A program made the translations under genes and the position numbers. 64,000 nucleotides of DNA. Origin: Acidimicrobiia bacterium (GTDB lineage Bacteria > Actinomycetota > Acidimicrobiia > Acidimicrobiales > Aldehydirespiratoraceae). Positions 8,541 to 16,732 of the stretch are shown piece after piece. The notes beneath the pieces were generated by a model, which was given only the letters and a program-made list of their open reading frames with translations, made no database searches and had not been told where the DNA came from. Location of the stretch: contig JAJEJB010000031.1 in the NCBI GenBank assembly GCA_022828135.1, positions 29,813-93,812 of the forward strand, written 5' to 3'. Within the stretch, counting starts at the first letter, position 1, and the number at the start of each line of letters is the position of its first letter.

Positions 8541-9830
8541 TTCGCGAGCAGTCGACTCGTAGATGGCCGCGGCCATGACCGACTGCTGCTCGGCCCGGCG
8601 CTGCCAGTAGATCCCGGCCCGCACGCCGTGCACCGCGGCGTCGGCGGGCTCGGCCGCCGCAGCCAGATCGATCAGGTGGCACGCCACTGCGGTCTTCCCC
8701 TCCCCGGCGAGGGTTTCGGCCCGGCTGGCGAGGGCGAGCGGACCGCCGGCCAGATCGGCCAGCTCCGACGCCACCGCGGCGTAGCGGGCCGGCTTGAGGT
8801 TGCTGGCGACGCCGTCGTACCAGCCGCCGTAGAGCCGCCAGACATTGCGGACCACGAATTCCGGCTCGTCATAGGTGGGCGCCAGGTAGGGACGCCGGAT
8901 CCGCTCGCCGGCCAGGCGGGCCTCGGCCAGCACGTCGTCGAGGCTTGCCCCGCGGTTCATCAAGTCGAGGGTCATCATGGTCAGCTCCTCCAGCACCGAC
9001 GCCGTGTCCAGCAGCACGCGGCGGATCCGCTCGCGGCCGGCGATGGGCAGCCCGTGGCCGGGCAGCAGCAGTTCGGGTCCGGCCTCGGCGATGTCGCGCA
9101 GGGCCGCGGCCCATTCCAGCGGGTAGCGCTGCGACTTCGCCGGGTTGCCGGCGTTGGGGAAGTGCCACAGCATCAGGTCGCCGGTGACGGCCACGGCCCT
9201 CTCCGCGATCCATGCCCACAAGTGGTCGTCGGTCTCGGCTCTCACATGACGCAGCTCGACCTCAAGCCCGCCAACGTCCAGGGTGATCCGGCGGCTGAAC
9301 GACACATCCAGATCGGGCACCTCGAACGCCCAGCCTCCGGCCAGATCCCAATTGGGCACCTTCCCGAACTGCCGCTGGTTGACCGACTGGTTGTAGCCGT
9401 CGGTCAGGCGGTACCGGACCACCCGGTCCGGCAGAGCCTCGTGCCCGACCAGCAGCGGTCGCCCTCCCGGCGTGGCCAGGCCGTCAACGAGAGCGGCCGC
9501 CCCGCCGGCGTGGTCGCGGTGTCCGTGGGTGAGGACGACATGGCTCACCGGTGCCCGGGTTCCGGCCCGGACCCGATCGGCCACCCGGGGTCCGAGATCG
9601 GGGACGCTGGAGTCGAACACGACGGCGGCGTCGTCGGTTTCGATCACATGGACGTGGGCGAACGACTCGATCATGGTGACGCCGTCCCGCAGTTCGTGGC
9701 TGGCGCCCAGACCGTCGCTCGGCAGTCCCAGGCCGAAGGGCCGCCCGTCGGGCTCGAACATCACGTTGTCGTCGATGGCGTCGGCCGACCTGGTCAGGAT
9801 GTCGCTGGTCATGGCCCAATGATGGGCCAT
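8496..9830 (-). CDS. MBL-fold hydrolase with alkyl-sulfatase-type dimerisation domain
   Basis: MAHHWAMTSD...VVLTHGHRDHAGG (HxHxDH) followed by ...YDEPEFVVRNVWRLYGGWYDG..., typical of the SdsA1/BDS1-like dimerisation domain. There is no SCP2 tail. An alternative start lies at 9812. Confidence 0.8.
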   Translation of the reverse strand: MAHHWAMTSDILTRSADAIDDNVMFEPDGRPFGLGLPSDGLGASHELRDGVTMIESFAHVHVIETDDAAVVFDSSVPDLGPRVADRVRAGTRAPVSHVVLTHGHRDHAGGAAALVDGLATPGGRPLLVGHEALPDRVVRYRLTDGYNQSVNQRQFGKVPNWDLAGGWAFEVPDLDVSFSRRITLDVGGLEVELRHVRAETDDHLWAWIAERAVAVTGDLMLWHFPNAGNPAKSQRYPLEWAAALRDIAEAGPELLLPGHGLPIAGRERIRRVLLDTASVLEELTMMTLDLMNRGASLDDVLAEARLAGERIRRPYLAPTYDEPEFVVRNVWRLYGGWYDGVASNLKPARYAAVASELADLAGGPLALASRAETLAGEGKTAVACHLIDLAAAAEPADAAVHGVRAGIYWQRRAEQQSVMAAAIYESTARESDERAAAGLGEVAD

Positions 9831-9856
9831 GAAAGGCCCGGCATCCCGCCTCGGGG

Positions 9857-11005
9857 TCAGAAGCGGTCGGCTATGCGGATCGACACCGCCGCGCCGGTCA
9901 CCGACGAGGCGGCCACGGCCAGCCACATCGCCGGGTAGCCGGAGTGCTCGATCAGCCACCCCGTGACCAGGGGACCCACGAATACCCCGACGTAGACGCC
10001 CATCTGCGTGATCCCGGTGGCACTGCCGGCAGCCCGGGGGTTGGCCCGCACGATCCCGTAGTTCGTGAACACCGGCCAGATCCAGCCGCACCCGAAGGAC
10101 AGCAGCATGGCGGCCACATGGGTGGCCGGTGAGCGCAGGGCCAACCCGGCCATGCCTATCGAGCCGACCAGGGCGGTGATGCCCCCCACCCGGAACGGCT
10201 TGACCCTCATCGTGTCCGACAGCCAGCCGCTCACGACTCTCATCGTGATGCCGGTGGCCGCCCCGACACTCAGGAACAGCCCGGCGGTGCCGGGTCCCAG
10301 CCCGGCGTCGACGCCGGAGCCAACCCCCCAGGCAACCAGTGATCCGGCGCTGAAGGCCAGGAACGCACCCACCGCAGCGCCCAGGAAGAGATCCCGGGAC
10401 GACGACTCCGGCACCGAGTCCCGTGTTGCCGCCGTCCGGAACACCGACGATCCGACGGCCACCCTGACCAGCACCAGCGACATCAGCGCGAACACCGCTC
10501 CCGCCACATAGGCCCAGCGCCAGCCCACGGTGAGGGCCAGCGAGGGCACTGCGAAGCCGGCCAGCAGGGTGGCCGTAGGCAGGCCCGACTGCTTGATCGA
10601 CACGGCCAGACCCAGCCGGGGCAGTTGAGCCTGGGCCAGGGCCAGGTTGACGGACGTCTGGTTGGCGGCGTTGGCCAGCCCGGCCAGCACCAGGAAGCCG
10701 ATCACCGCCAGGAACGAGCGGGCGCTGGCGGCCAGAGCCAGTTGAACCGCAATGGACACTCCGAGCGCGAGGGTCATCTGGTTGAGCGGCCCGATTCGCT
10801 GGGCCAGCCGCCCCAGCATGACCGACCCGACCATGGCGGCCCCGAAGAACGATCCGAGACCCCATCCGTACACGCCTTCGGAAACGCCCATCTCGGCACT
10901 CACCTGCACCGACATGGCGCCGATGAGGAACCCGGGGAGCACGGTGGACACGGTGGCCATCACCGCGGCGTTGATCACCAGGGACGGACGCGCTTCAGCA
11001 GACAC
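9857..11005 (-). CDS. MFS transporter (12 TMS type)
   Basis: 382 aa and hydrophobic throughout. The GTG at 11005 is preceded by GAAGGAAGAG. Confidence 0.8.
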   Translation of the reverse strand: MSAEARPSLVINAAVMATVSTVLPGFLIGAMSVQVSAEMGVSEGVYGWGLGSFFGAAMVGSVMLGRLAQRIGPLNQMTLALGVSIAVQLALAASARSFLAVIGFLVLAGLANAANQTSVNLALAQAQLPRLGLAVSIKQSGLPTATLLAGFAVPSLALTVGWRWAYVAGAVFALMSLVLVRVAVGSSVFRTAATRDSVPESSSRDLFLGAAVGAFLAFSAGSLVAWGVGSGVDAGLGPGTAGLFLSVGAATGITMRVVSGWLSDTMRVKPFRVGGITALVGSIGMAGLALRSPATHVAAMLLSFGCGWIWPVFTNYGIVRANPRAAGSATGITQMGVYVGVFVGPLVTGWLIEHSGYPAMWLAVAASSVTGAAVSIRIADRF

Positions 11006-11050
11006 GGCGCGAACTCTTCCTTCTCGCCCTAGCCCTTGGGGGCAACACCA

Positions 11051-11293
11051 TCATGTGACCTCGAAACTACCCAGGTAAGCCCGCCTCACTGCCGGATCGG
11101 CCAGCACGCCCGCGGTTGAACCCTCGGCGGTGAGAGCCCCCGAATCCAGCACGTAGGTGCGTTCGGTGAAGTCGGCCACGAGCGACACATCATGCTCCAC
11201 GAGCACATCGGATACACCTGGGAGCACGACCTGCACCTGTGCCTGCGCCGGGCCAAGGTGGGCGAACTCCATTTCGGCTCGGCCTCCCACCAC
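11051..11293 (-). pseudogene. C-terminal remnant of a LivG/LivF-type ABC ATPase
   Basis: The translation ends ...VLVEHDVSLVADFTERTYVLDSGALTAEGSTAGVLADPAVRRAYLG, the conserved C-terminus of branched-chain amino-acid ABC ATPases. Walker A/B and signature motifs are absent. Confidence 0.6.
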
Positions 11294-11311
11294 CGCCGCA
11301 GAGTCGCCCGT

Positions 11312-11515
11312 CTAGCCCTCCGGGCGGGAGCCGCCTAGCTCCGGCGATTGAGCATCGGTCAGGTAGCCGGCCCGCGCCAACGCCAGAACCAGGTTGTCCA
11401 GCTTGCCCTCCACCCGACGGATGTCGGAGCGCAGCAGATGGAACGCCCCTGCTAGCACGCCAACCAGCGCGCTCCCCAGCACACCGATGAGCGTTGCCGC
11501 AATGGCGGGATCCAC
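11312..11515 (-). CDS. Small single-pass membrane/coiled-coil protein, paralog 3 of 3 (67 aa)
   Basis: MDPAIAATLIGVLGSALVGVLAGAFHLLRSDIRRVEGKLDNLVLALARAGYLTDAQSP... The GTG start lies 9 nt after the TAG of paralog 2. It shares the N-terminal TM helix, HLLRSD and LALARAG motifs with the two upstream ORFs. Confidence 0.6.
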   Translation of the reverse strand: MDPAIAATLIGVLGSALVGVLAGAFHLLRSDIRRVEGKLDNLVLALARAGYLTDAQSPELGGSRPEG

Positions 11516-11524
11516 GGCCCGTCC

Positions 11525-11779
11525 CTATCTCTGCGAGTCGGTCGGCGGCGGGGGAGGCTGCGGGTCGACCAGGAACCCCGCCCTGGCCAGCGCCAGAATC
11601 AACCCGTCCAGCTTCGCTTCGATCCGGTCGAATCGCGAGTTGGTGTCGTGATGGTCGGCTCGGGTCTCGGAACGGTACTCCTTGAGATCGGAACGCAGCA
11701 GGTGGCAAGCACCGGCGAAGACACCAAGCAGGGCACTCACCACGATTCCGACGACGACCACGGTCGTGACGGGCTCCAC
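11525..11779 (-). CDS. Small single-pass membrane/coiled-coil protein, paralog 2 of 3 (84 aa)
   Basis: MEPVTTVVVVGIVVSALLGVFAGACHLLRSDLKEYRSETRADHHDTNSRFDRIEAKLDGLILALARAGFLVDPQPPPPP... The GTG start lies 9 nt after the TAG of paralog 1. Confidence 0.6.
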   Translation of the reverse strand: MEPVTTVVVVGIVVSALLGVFAGACHLLRSDLKEYRSETRADHHDTNSRFDRIEAKLDGLILALARAGFLVDPQPPPPPTDSQR

Positions 11780-11788
11780 GGCGCGGCT

Positions 11789-12013
11789 CTAGTTCTGCGG
11801 TTCCGAAGGAGACTGCGGGTCGACCAAGAAGCCCGCCCTGGCCAGCGCCAGGGTCAGGCTGTCGACCTTTCCTTCAAGACGGTCCATCCGTGTGTTGGTC
11901 TCGACGCGATGCTCCTTGAGGTCGGAGCGCAGGAGGTGGAAGGCGCTGGCGTACACACCCAGCAAAGCCGCCACTAGGACGCCAATGAGGGTGGCGGCTA
12001 TCGCGGGATCCAT
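11789..12013 (-). CDS. Small single-pass membrane/coiled-coil protein, paralog 1 of 3 (74 aa)
   Basis: MDPAIAATLIGVLVAALLGVYASAFHLLRSDLKEHRVETNTRMDRLEGKVDSLTLALARAGFLVDPQSP... The ATG at 12013 lies directly downstream of a promoter-like AT-rich patch. Confidence 0.65.
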   Translation of the reverse strand: MDPAIAATLIGVLVAALLGVYASAFHLLRSDLKEHRVETNTRMDRLEGKVDSLTLALARAGFLVDPQSPSEPQN

Positions 12014-12019
12014 GCTGGC

Positions 12020-12048
12020 ATGCTAACCCGCTCAACCCATGGAAGCAA
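12020..12048 (-). promoter_or_regulatory. Candidate sigma70-type promoter giving a leaderless transcript of the small-ORF array
   Basis: The minus strand reads TTGCTT (12048-12043), 17 nt, TAGCAT (12025-12020), 6 nt, then ATG (12013). It sits in a locally AT-rich 55-bp patch. Confidence 0.4.
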
Positions 12049-12069
12049 CCTAAAACATCATGAAATAGT

Positions 12070-12711
12070 TCAGAAAGGGTCAAAGCGGACGGGCAGCGTC
12101 GCCGGGCCGCGGAAGGCGTAGCCGCTGATCACCGGGGTCTCGGCGTCGGGGTCGAGGCGCAGGTTGGGGAGGCGGTCGAGCACGGCGTTGATCCCCACCT
12201 CCAGTTCCATGCGGGCCAGGTGCATGCCGAGGCACTGGTGCGGCCCGGTGCCGAAGGCCATGTGCTGCTGGGGCTCGCGATCCAGGTCCCATTCTCCGGG
12301 GTCGGCCCATCGGGCCTCGTCGCGTGACGCCGAGCCGTTGATCACCGAGACGGACGATCCCGCGGGCACCGGACAGCCGCCGATCTCCGTGTCGGTCGCG
12401 GCGACCCGAGCCACCATCGTCACCGATGTCTCCCAGCGCAGGGTCTCCTCCACTGCGGCCGGCACCAGCGACCGGTCGGCCAGCACCCGGGCCATCGCCT
12501 CGGGACGCTCCAGCAGGGCCAGCAGACAGGACCCGAAGGCGCGGTAGGTGGTCTCGGCCCCGGCCGGCAGCAGCAGGCGCAGGAATCCGTAGATCTTCTC
12601 GTCGGCGAGCCGGGCACCGTCGATCTCGGCGTGCACCAGCTCCGACAACAGGTCGCCGGCGGGCTCCGTCCGTCTGGCTTCCACCAAGGGTTCCAGGTAG
12701 TCGCGCATGGC
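12070..12711 (-). pseudogene. Cytochrome P450, C-terminal half only
   Basis: ...LLPAGAETTYRAF (I-helix), EETLRWE (ExxR) and FGTGPHQCLGMHLAR (Cys heme ligand loop). The N-terminal ~190 aa of a normal P450 are missing. Confidence 0.75.
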
Positions 12712-12807
12712 CTGGGACGCGGCATCTCGGTCTCCATGCCCCCGGCCTCCACCTCGGCGCCCGCGCTGCGACCCTGGGGGCTCACAGGATGGCGCCGCGG
12801 GAATCGG

Positions 12808-12966
12808 TCGCTCTAAGCGGGCCGCGAAGTCGTCCCAGTACCGGTCGCTCTGTAGCAGGATGAGGCTGATGCAGCGGTCGTCGGCGGTGCGGAACACGCC
12901 CACGCCCGGGTTGGGGTTCTTGCGCCGGGCCGTCTCGACCAACTTCATCAGGGCCTCCCGGCCGCC
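12808..12966 (-). pseudogene. Internal fragment of a family-III (CaiB/BaiF-type) CoA-transferase fused in-frame upstream of the P450 remnant
   Basis: ...NPNPGVGVFRTADDRCISLILLQSDRYWDDFAARLERP... resembles the central Y/F-x-T/C-ADG...D(R)YW...LGRPEL block of CaiB-type enzymes. No N-terminal or C-terminal parts are present. Confidence 0.5.
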
Positions 12967-12986
12967 GACACCACCATGGTGCACCA

Positions 12987-13016
12987 GTGAGCGCAGCGAA
13001 CAAGAGCGGGAGACAC
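12987..13016 (+). repeat. Dispersed repeat, copy A (right half only)
   Basis: GTGAGCGCAGCGAACAAGAGCGGGAGACAC equals the 3' part of the 47-nt core plus the GAGACAC tail. The left half of the core is missing. Confidence 0.8.
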
Positions 13017-13075
13017 CCCCTAGCAACGCGACGGGCTTGCGCCTACCCGCGCACGCTCTAGGCAGCGCGTCGCCT

Positions 13076-15655
13076 CTAGTGGTAGGAGATTGCCTCCAGC
13101 AGATCGACGCGGTTGGCCCGGCGAGCCGGCGCCAGCGAGGCCAGGAGGCCGGCCACCGCCGCCACGACCAGGTACACGACCACGGTGCCCCCCGGCAGAG
13201 CCACGGTGGAGATGATGCTGCTGGGGAGGGACCCGGCCGCGATCGACCCCGCCACCAACCCGGTCACGACACCTATGACCCCGCCGAAGACGGCCACGAT
13301 GACCCCCTCCAGCAGGATGGCGGCCCGGATCTGCCGCTTGCCCATGCCGACGGCCCGCAGCAGCCCGATCTCGCGGGTCCGCTCGAACACTGACAGGGCC
13401 ATGGTGTTGGAGAAGCCCATCACCGCGATCAGCAGCGCCATGATCAGGAACACGTTGATCACGACCAGCAGGTTGTCGACCTGAGTGGACCGGCTGGCGC
13501 GGTACTCGGCCTGGTCGCGCACTACGACCTGCGGGTACTCGGCGAGACCCGCCTCCAGCGCGGCCCGGGCGTCCTCGCTGCTGACTCCCGCCGCGGTGAC
13601 CGCGGTGACCAGGCTGTCCTGGTCGCCGACGACGTAGAGGTCCCAGTCATCGAGGTCGATGACCCAGGAGCCCAACACCGAGCCCTCGGTGTGGAGGGCC
13701 ACCACCTCGAAGGCGACTTCCTCGTGGCCCGAGATCTCCAGCCGCACTTCGTCGCCCACGGCGAGACCGAGCTCCTCGGCGGCGTCGACATGCACCATCA
13801 CGTCACCGGGACCGGCTCCGGCCACGCTGCCGGAGGTGACGTTCGGCTCCACATGGCTCGAGAAGGAGGCGAGGTTGGCAGCCGAGAGCACGTGCTGGGT
13901 GCCGTCGGCCGTGCGCACGCCGTTCGGCCGGAACCGAAATACCTCCACCGATTCCAGTTCGAGCACCTGGGCGATCTCCGATCCGGCTTCCGAACTGAAG
14001 GCGAGCTGCTGGTTGTCGCAGCGCCCGGCGCACAGCATCCAGTCCGCCCGGACCGAGTCCTCCAGCTGGCCGTTGAGGGTCTCCTTGAAGGACGTGCCCA
14101 GCACGGTGACCAGCGACACCATGGCCAGCCCGATCATCAACGCCGAGGCGGTGGTGGCCGTGCGGCGGGGGTTGCGAACCGCGTTGAGTCGGGCCAGACG
14201 CCCGTTCAGGCGGAACAGCCGGGCTGCCGGCCATCCCAGCACCTGCGACATCGGACCGGCGACCGCGGGGCTGCAGATGTTGACGCCCACCAGCACCCCT
14301 AGGGCGCCGAAGCCGAGCAGCAGGACGAGCGCCGATATGGACAGATCCGACAGCAGACCCACGACCAGAAGCACCAGCCCGATCGCGCCGACCACCGACC
14401 CGATGATGATCGACCTGCGCTGGCTGTAGGGGTCGATGTTGGCGTCGTCGGCCAGCGCCACCATAGGCGTCACCCGGCGGGCCCGCATCGCCGGCAACAG
14501 GGAGATGATCACCGTCAGGCCGACGCCGAGCGCCAGCGCGGCGATGATCGGGCCTGCGCCGACCGTGAGATCCGCCGAGGGAAGATTCGAACCTGCTGCA
14601 GCCAGGATGCCGCTCATGGCCTCGGACACCAGCAGACCGAGACCGAGACCCACCACGGCGGCCAACGCACCCATGACCAAGGCCTCGAACGCCACCGTCG
14701 AAGCCACCTGCCGCCGGTCGGCTCCGAGCACCCGCAGCAATCCGAACTCCTTGATGCGCTGGCCTGTGACCAGGGTGAAGGTGTTGTAGGTGATGAACGC
14801 CGAGATGACCAGCACGATGACGGCGAAGGCCAGCAGCGCGTTGCGGAACACGTCCAGGAGGTCGCTCATCTCCTGATCGCGGGCTTCGACCTGCTCCTGC
14901 TGCGAGAGGACCACGTAGGCCGGGCCCAGCTCGCGCTCGATGGACGCGGTCACCTCTTCGAGCGAGGCCCCTGGCGACAGGCTCACATCGATGAGGTCGT
15001 ACCCGCCGCCGTCGTGCAGGACGTCACGAGCGGTGTCCATGTCCCAGGCGACCAGCTGGAAGGGGGACTGGAAGTCGGGCTCCATGAAGTAGAAGACGCC
15101 AACCAGCTCGAAGGAATGCGTTCCGGTGGGGGTGGCGACCTTGTAGCGCTCACCGATCCGGAAGCCGAAGGTGGCCGCAGTGTGTTGGTCCATGGCGAAC
15201 TCGTCCGGCCCGGCCGGCCTGCGGCTGACCCCGTCGTCGACAGGAAAGATCCTGCCCAGCGACTCGTCCTCCGGCCAGCCCATTCCGCCCTGTTGGGCGA
15301 GCTCGGGATCGGTCGCCTCGCCGTCGGCGCCGATGGCAACGACGTTGAACTCCGACACCGCGCCGGCGGTCTTCTCCACACCGTCAATCGCTTCCAGCCG
15401 ATCCTTCAACGAGGGGTCGAGCAACGGCAGGTCCTGCCACTGGTCGACGTTGCCCAGGGTCGACTGCGAGCGGACCGACAGGTCGACCTGGTCGTAGAGA
15501 TCGCCGGCCAGGTCGCTGAGGGCGGTTCGCAACCCGTCGGTGTTGATCAGCACGCCGACGGTGAGGGCCACCCCGGCCACCACCGCCAGCGTGGTGAGCG
15601 TGAACCGGATCCGTGTGGCCGCAATGTTGCGGATGCTGTAGCGCAGCAGGGTCAT
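13076..15655 (-). CDS. ABC transporter permease, MacB/FtsX type with two FtsX domains
   Basis: 859 aa, MTLLRYSIRNIAATRIRFTLTTLAVVAGVAL..., with a duplicated 4-TMS FtsX module and large extracytoplasmic loops. It lies downstream of a MacB-type ATPase. Confidence 0.85.
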   Translation of the reverse strand: MTLLRYSIRNIAATRIRFTLTTLAVVAGVALTVGVLINTDGLRTALSDLAGDLYDQVDLSVRSQSTLGNVDQWQDLPLLDPSLKDRLEAIDGVEKTAGAVSEFNVVAIGADGEATDPELAQQGGMGWPEDESLGRIFPVDDGVSRRPAGPDEFAMDQHTAATFGFRIGERYKVATPTGTHSFELVGVFYFMEPDFQSPFQLVAWDMDTARDVLHDGGGYDLIDVSLSPGASLEEVTASIERELGPAYVVLSQQEQVEARDQEMSDLLDVFRNALLAFAVIVLVISAFITYNTFTLVTGQRIKEFGLLRVLGADRRQVASTVAFEALVMGALAAVVGLGLGLLVSEAMSGILAAAGSNLPSADLTVGAGPIIAALALGVGLTVIISLLPAMRARRVTPMVALADDANIDPYSQRRSIIIGSVVGAIGLVLLVVGLLSDLSISALVLLLGFGALGVLVGVNICSPAVAGPMSQVLGWPAARLFRLNGRLARLNAVRNPRRTATTASALMIGLAMVSLVTVLGTSFKETLNGQLEDSVRADWMLCAGRCDNQQLAFSSEAGSEIAQVLELESVEVFRFRPNGVRTADGTQHVLSAANLASFSSHVEPNVTSGSVAGAGPGDVMVHVDAAEELGLAVGDEVRLEISGHEEVAFEVVALHTEGSVLGSWVIDLDDWDLYVVGDQDSLVTAVTAAGVSSEDARAALEAGLAEYPQVVVRDQAEYRASRSTQVDNLLVVINVFLIMALLIAVMGFSNTMALSVFERTREIGLLRAVGMGKRQIRAAILLEGVIVAVFGGVIGVVTGLVAGSIAAGSLPSSIISTVALPGGTVVVYLVVAAVAGLLASLAPARRANRVDLLEAISYH

Positions 15656-15665
15656 CGGTCCGCTA

Positions 15666-15743
15666 CGGCCTCTGCGTTTTTCCGCTCTTGTTCGCTGCGC
15701 TCACGGGCCGCTCGGGCCACGGCCTCGCAAGCTCGGCCTCTGG
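15666..15743 (-). repeat. Dispersed repeat, copy B (full core, between ABC ATPase stop and permease start)
   Basis: The reverse complement of 15682-15728 is GCGAGGCCGTGGCCCGAGCGGCCCGTGAGCGCAGCGAACAAGAGCGG. It is bracketed by a perfect 9-bp direct repeat, CGGCCTCTG, at 15666-15674 and 15734-15742. Confidence 0.85.
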
Positions 15744-15744
15744 T

Positions 15745-16575
15745 TCACTCTTCCAGCTCTTCCATGAACTTGAGGACCTCGTCCATGGTGGCGCCCTTGG
15801 GAAGGCCACGGATGAACTGGCCCACCTGCAGGATCTTCATGTGGTCGATTATCAGGTCGGCGCCGGGGTTGATCAGCTCGCCCTGGAGGATGCCGTCGGA
15901 CAGGAACACGGCCCGGTCGGCGAAGGAGGCCGCCCGGGCGTCGTGGGTGACCATGGCGATGGTCTGGCCCAGATCGTCCACCGCCTGGCGCATGAACCGC
16001 AGGACGTCGGTGCCGGACCGGGAGTCGAGATTGCCGGTGGGCTCATCGGCGAAGATGACCTCCGGCTTGCTGGCCAGCGCCCTGGCTACCGCCACCCTCT
16101 GCTGCTGGCCGCCGGAAAGCTCGTTGGGCCGGTGGCCCAAACGGTCGCCCAGACCCACGGTGGCGATCACGCCGTCCACCCACTCCTGGTCGGGCTGGCG
16201 CCGGGCCAGCTCGATGGGGAGGGTGATGTTCTCGATGGCGGTCAGGGTGGGCACCAGGTTGAACGCCTGGAAGATGAACCCCACCCGTTCGCGGCGCAGC
16301 CGGGTCAACTCCCTGTCGGTCAGGGTGCTCAGGTCGGTGTCGCCGATGAAGGCCCGGCCTTCGGTGAGGTCGTCGAGCGCGGCCATGCACTGCATGAGCG
16401 TCGACTTGCCCGATCCCGACGGGCCCATGATCGCGGTGAACTGCCCCTTCTCGAAGGTGATGTTCACGCCGCTGAGGGCCCGGACCTCTATCTCACCCGA
16501 ACCGTAGACCTTGACGGCGTCCTCGGCGCGGGCCACGGCAACCGTCCCGGAGGCCTCGACCGCAGCGTTGCTCAC
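15745..16575 (-). CDS. ABC transporter ATP-binding protein (MacB/LolD-like)
   Basis: GPSGSGKST (Walker A), LSGGQQQRVAVARAL (signature) and VIFADEPTGNLD (Walker B). It has a ~40-aa C-terminal extension. Confidence 0.9.
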   Translation of the reverse strand: MSNAAVEASGTVAVARAEDAVKVYGSGEIEVRALSGVNITFEKGQFTAIMGPSGSGKSTLMQCMAALDDLTEGRAFIGDTDLSTLTDRELTRLRRERVGFIFQAFNLVPTLTAIENITLPIELARRQPDQEWVDGVIATVGLGDRLGHRPNELSGGQQQRVAVARALASKPEVIFADEPTGNLDSRSGTDVLRFMRQAVDDLGQTIAMVTHDARAASFADRAVFLSDGILQGELINPGADLIIDHMKILQVGQFIRGLPKGATMDEVLKFMEELEE

Positions 16576-16732
16576 TCTGGCACCTCGCTCAGCCCTTTCG
16601 CCGCTCGCCCTCTAGAAGCTAGCACCAAGTGCGAACGCCCTCTCGTCGACCGAAAGCGCCAAGTCCATGCTTCGCGGACCCTACCGCCCCCCAGCGGGGG
16701 CAGCGCCCGACTCCAGACGGGTAGCGTGAGGT

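Noticed and set aside
15682-15728. The idea that the dispersed repeat encodes a conserved peptide, PLLFAALTGRSGHGLA on one strand or EAVARAARERSEQERE on the other.
   Set aside because: The copies are not embedded in consistent long ORFs, have no start codon or RBS context, and occur in different frames relative to adjacent genes. One copy is a bare half. A non-coding element is the simpler reading, though I cannot formally exclude a micro-ORF.
13076-16575. The MacB/FtsX-type ABC pair as a bacteriocin (lactococcin-972-like) export or immunity system for the nearby small proteins.
   Set aside because: The small proteins are helical membrane-anchored types, not secreted beta-sandwich bacteriocins. 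They are separated from the ABC genes by ~1 kb of gene debris, and the linkage could be accidental.
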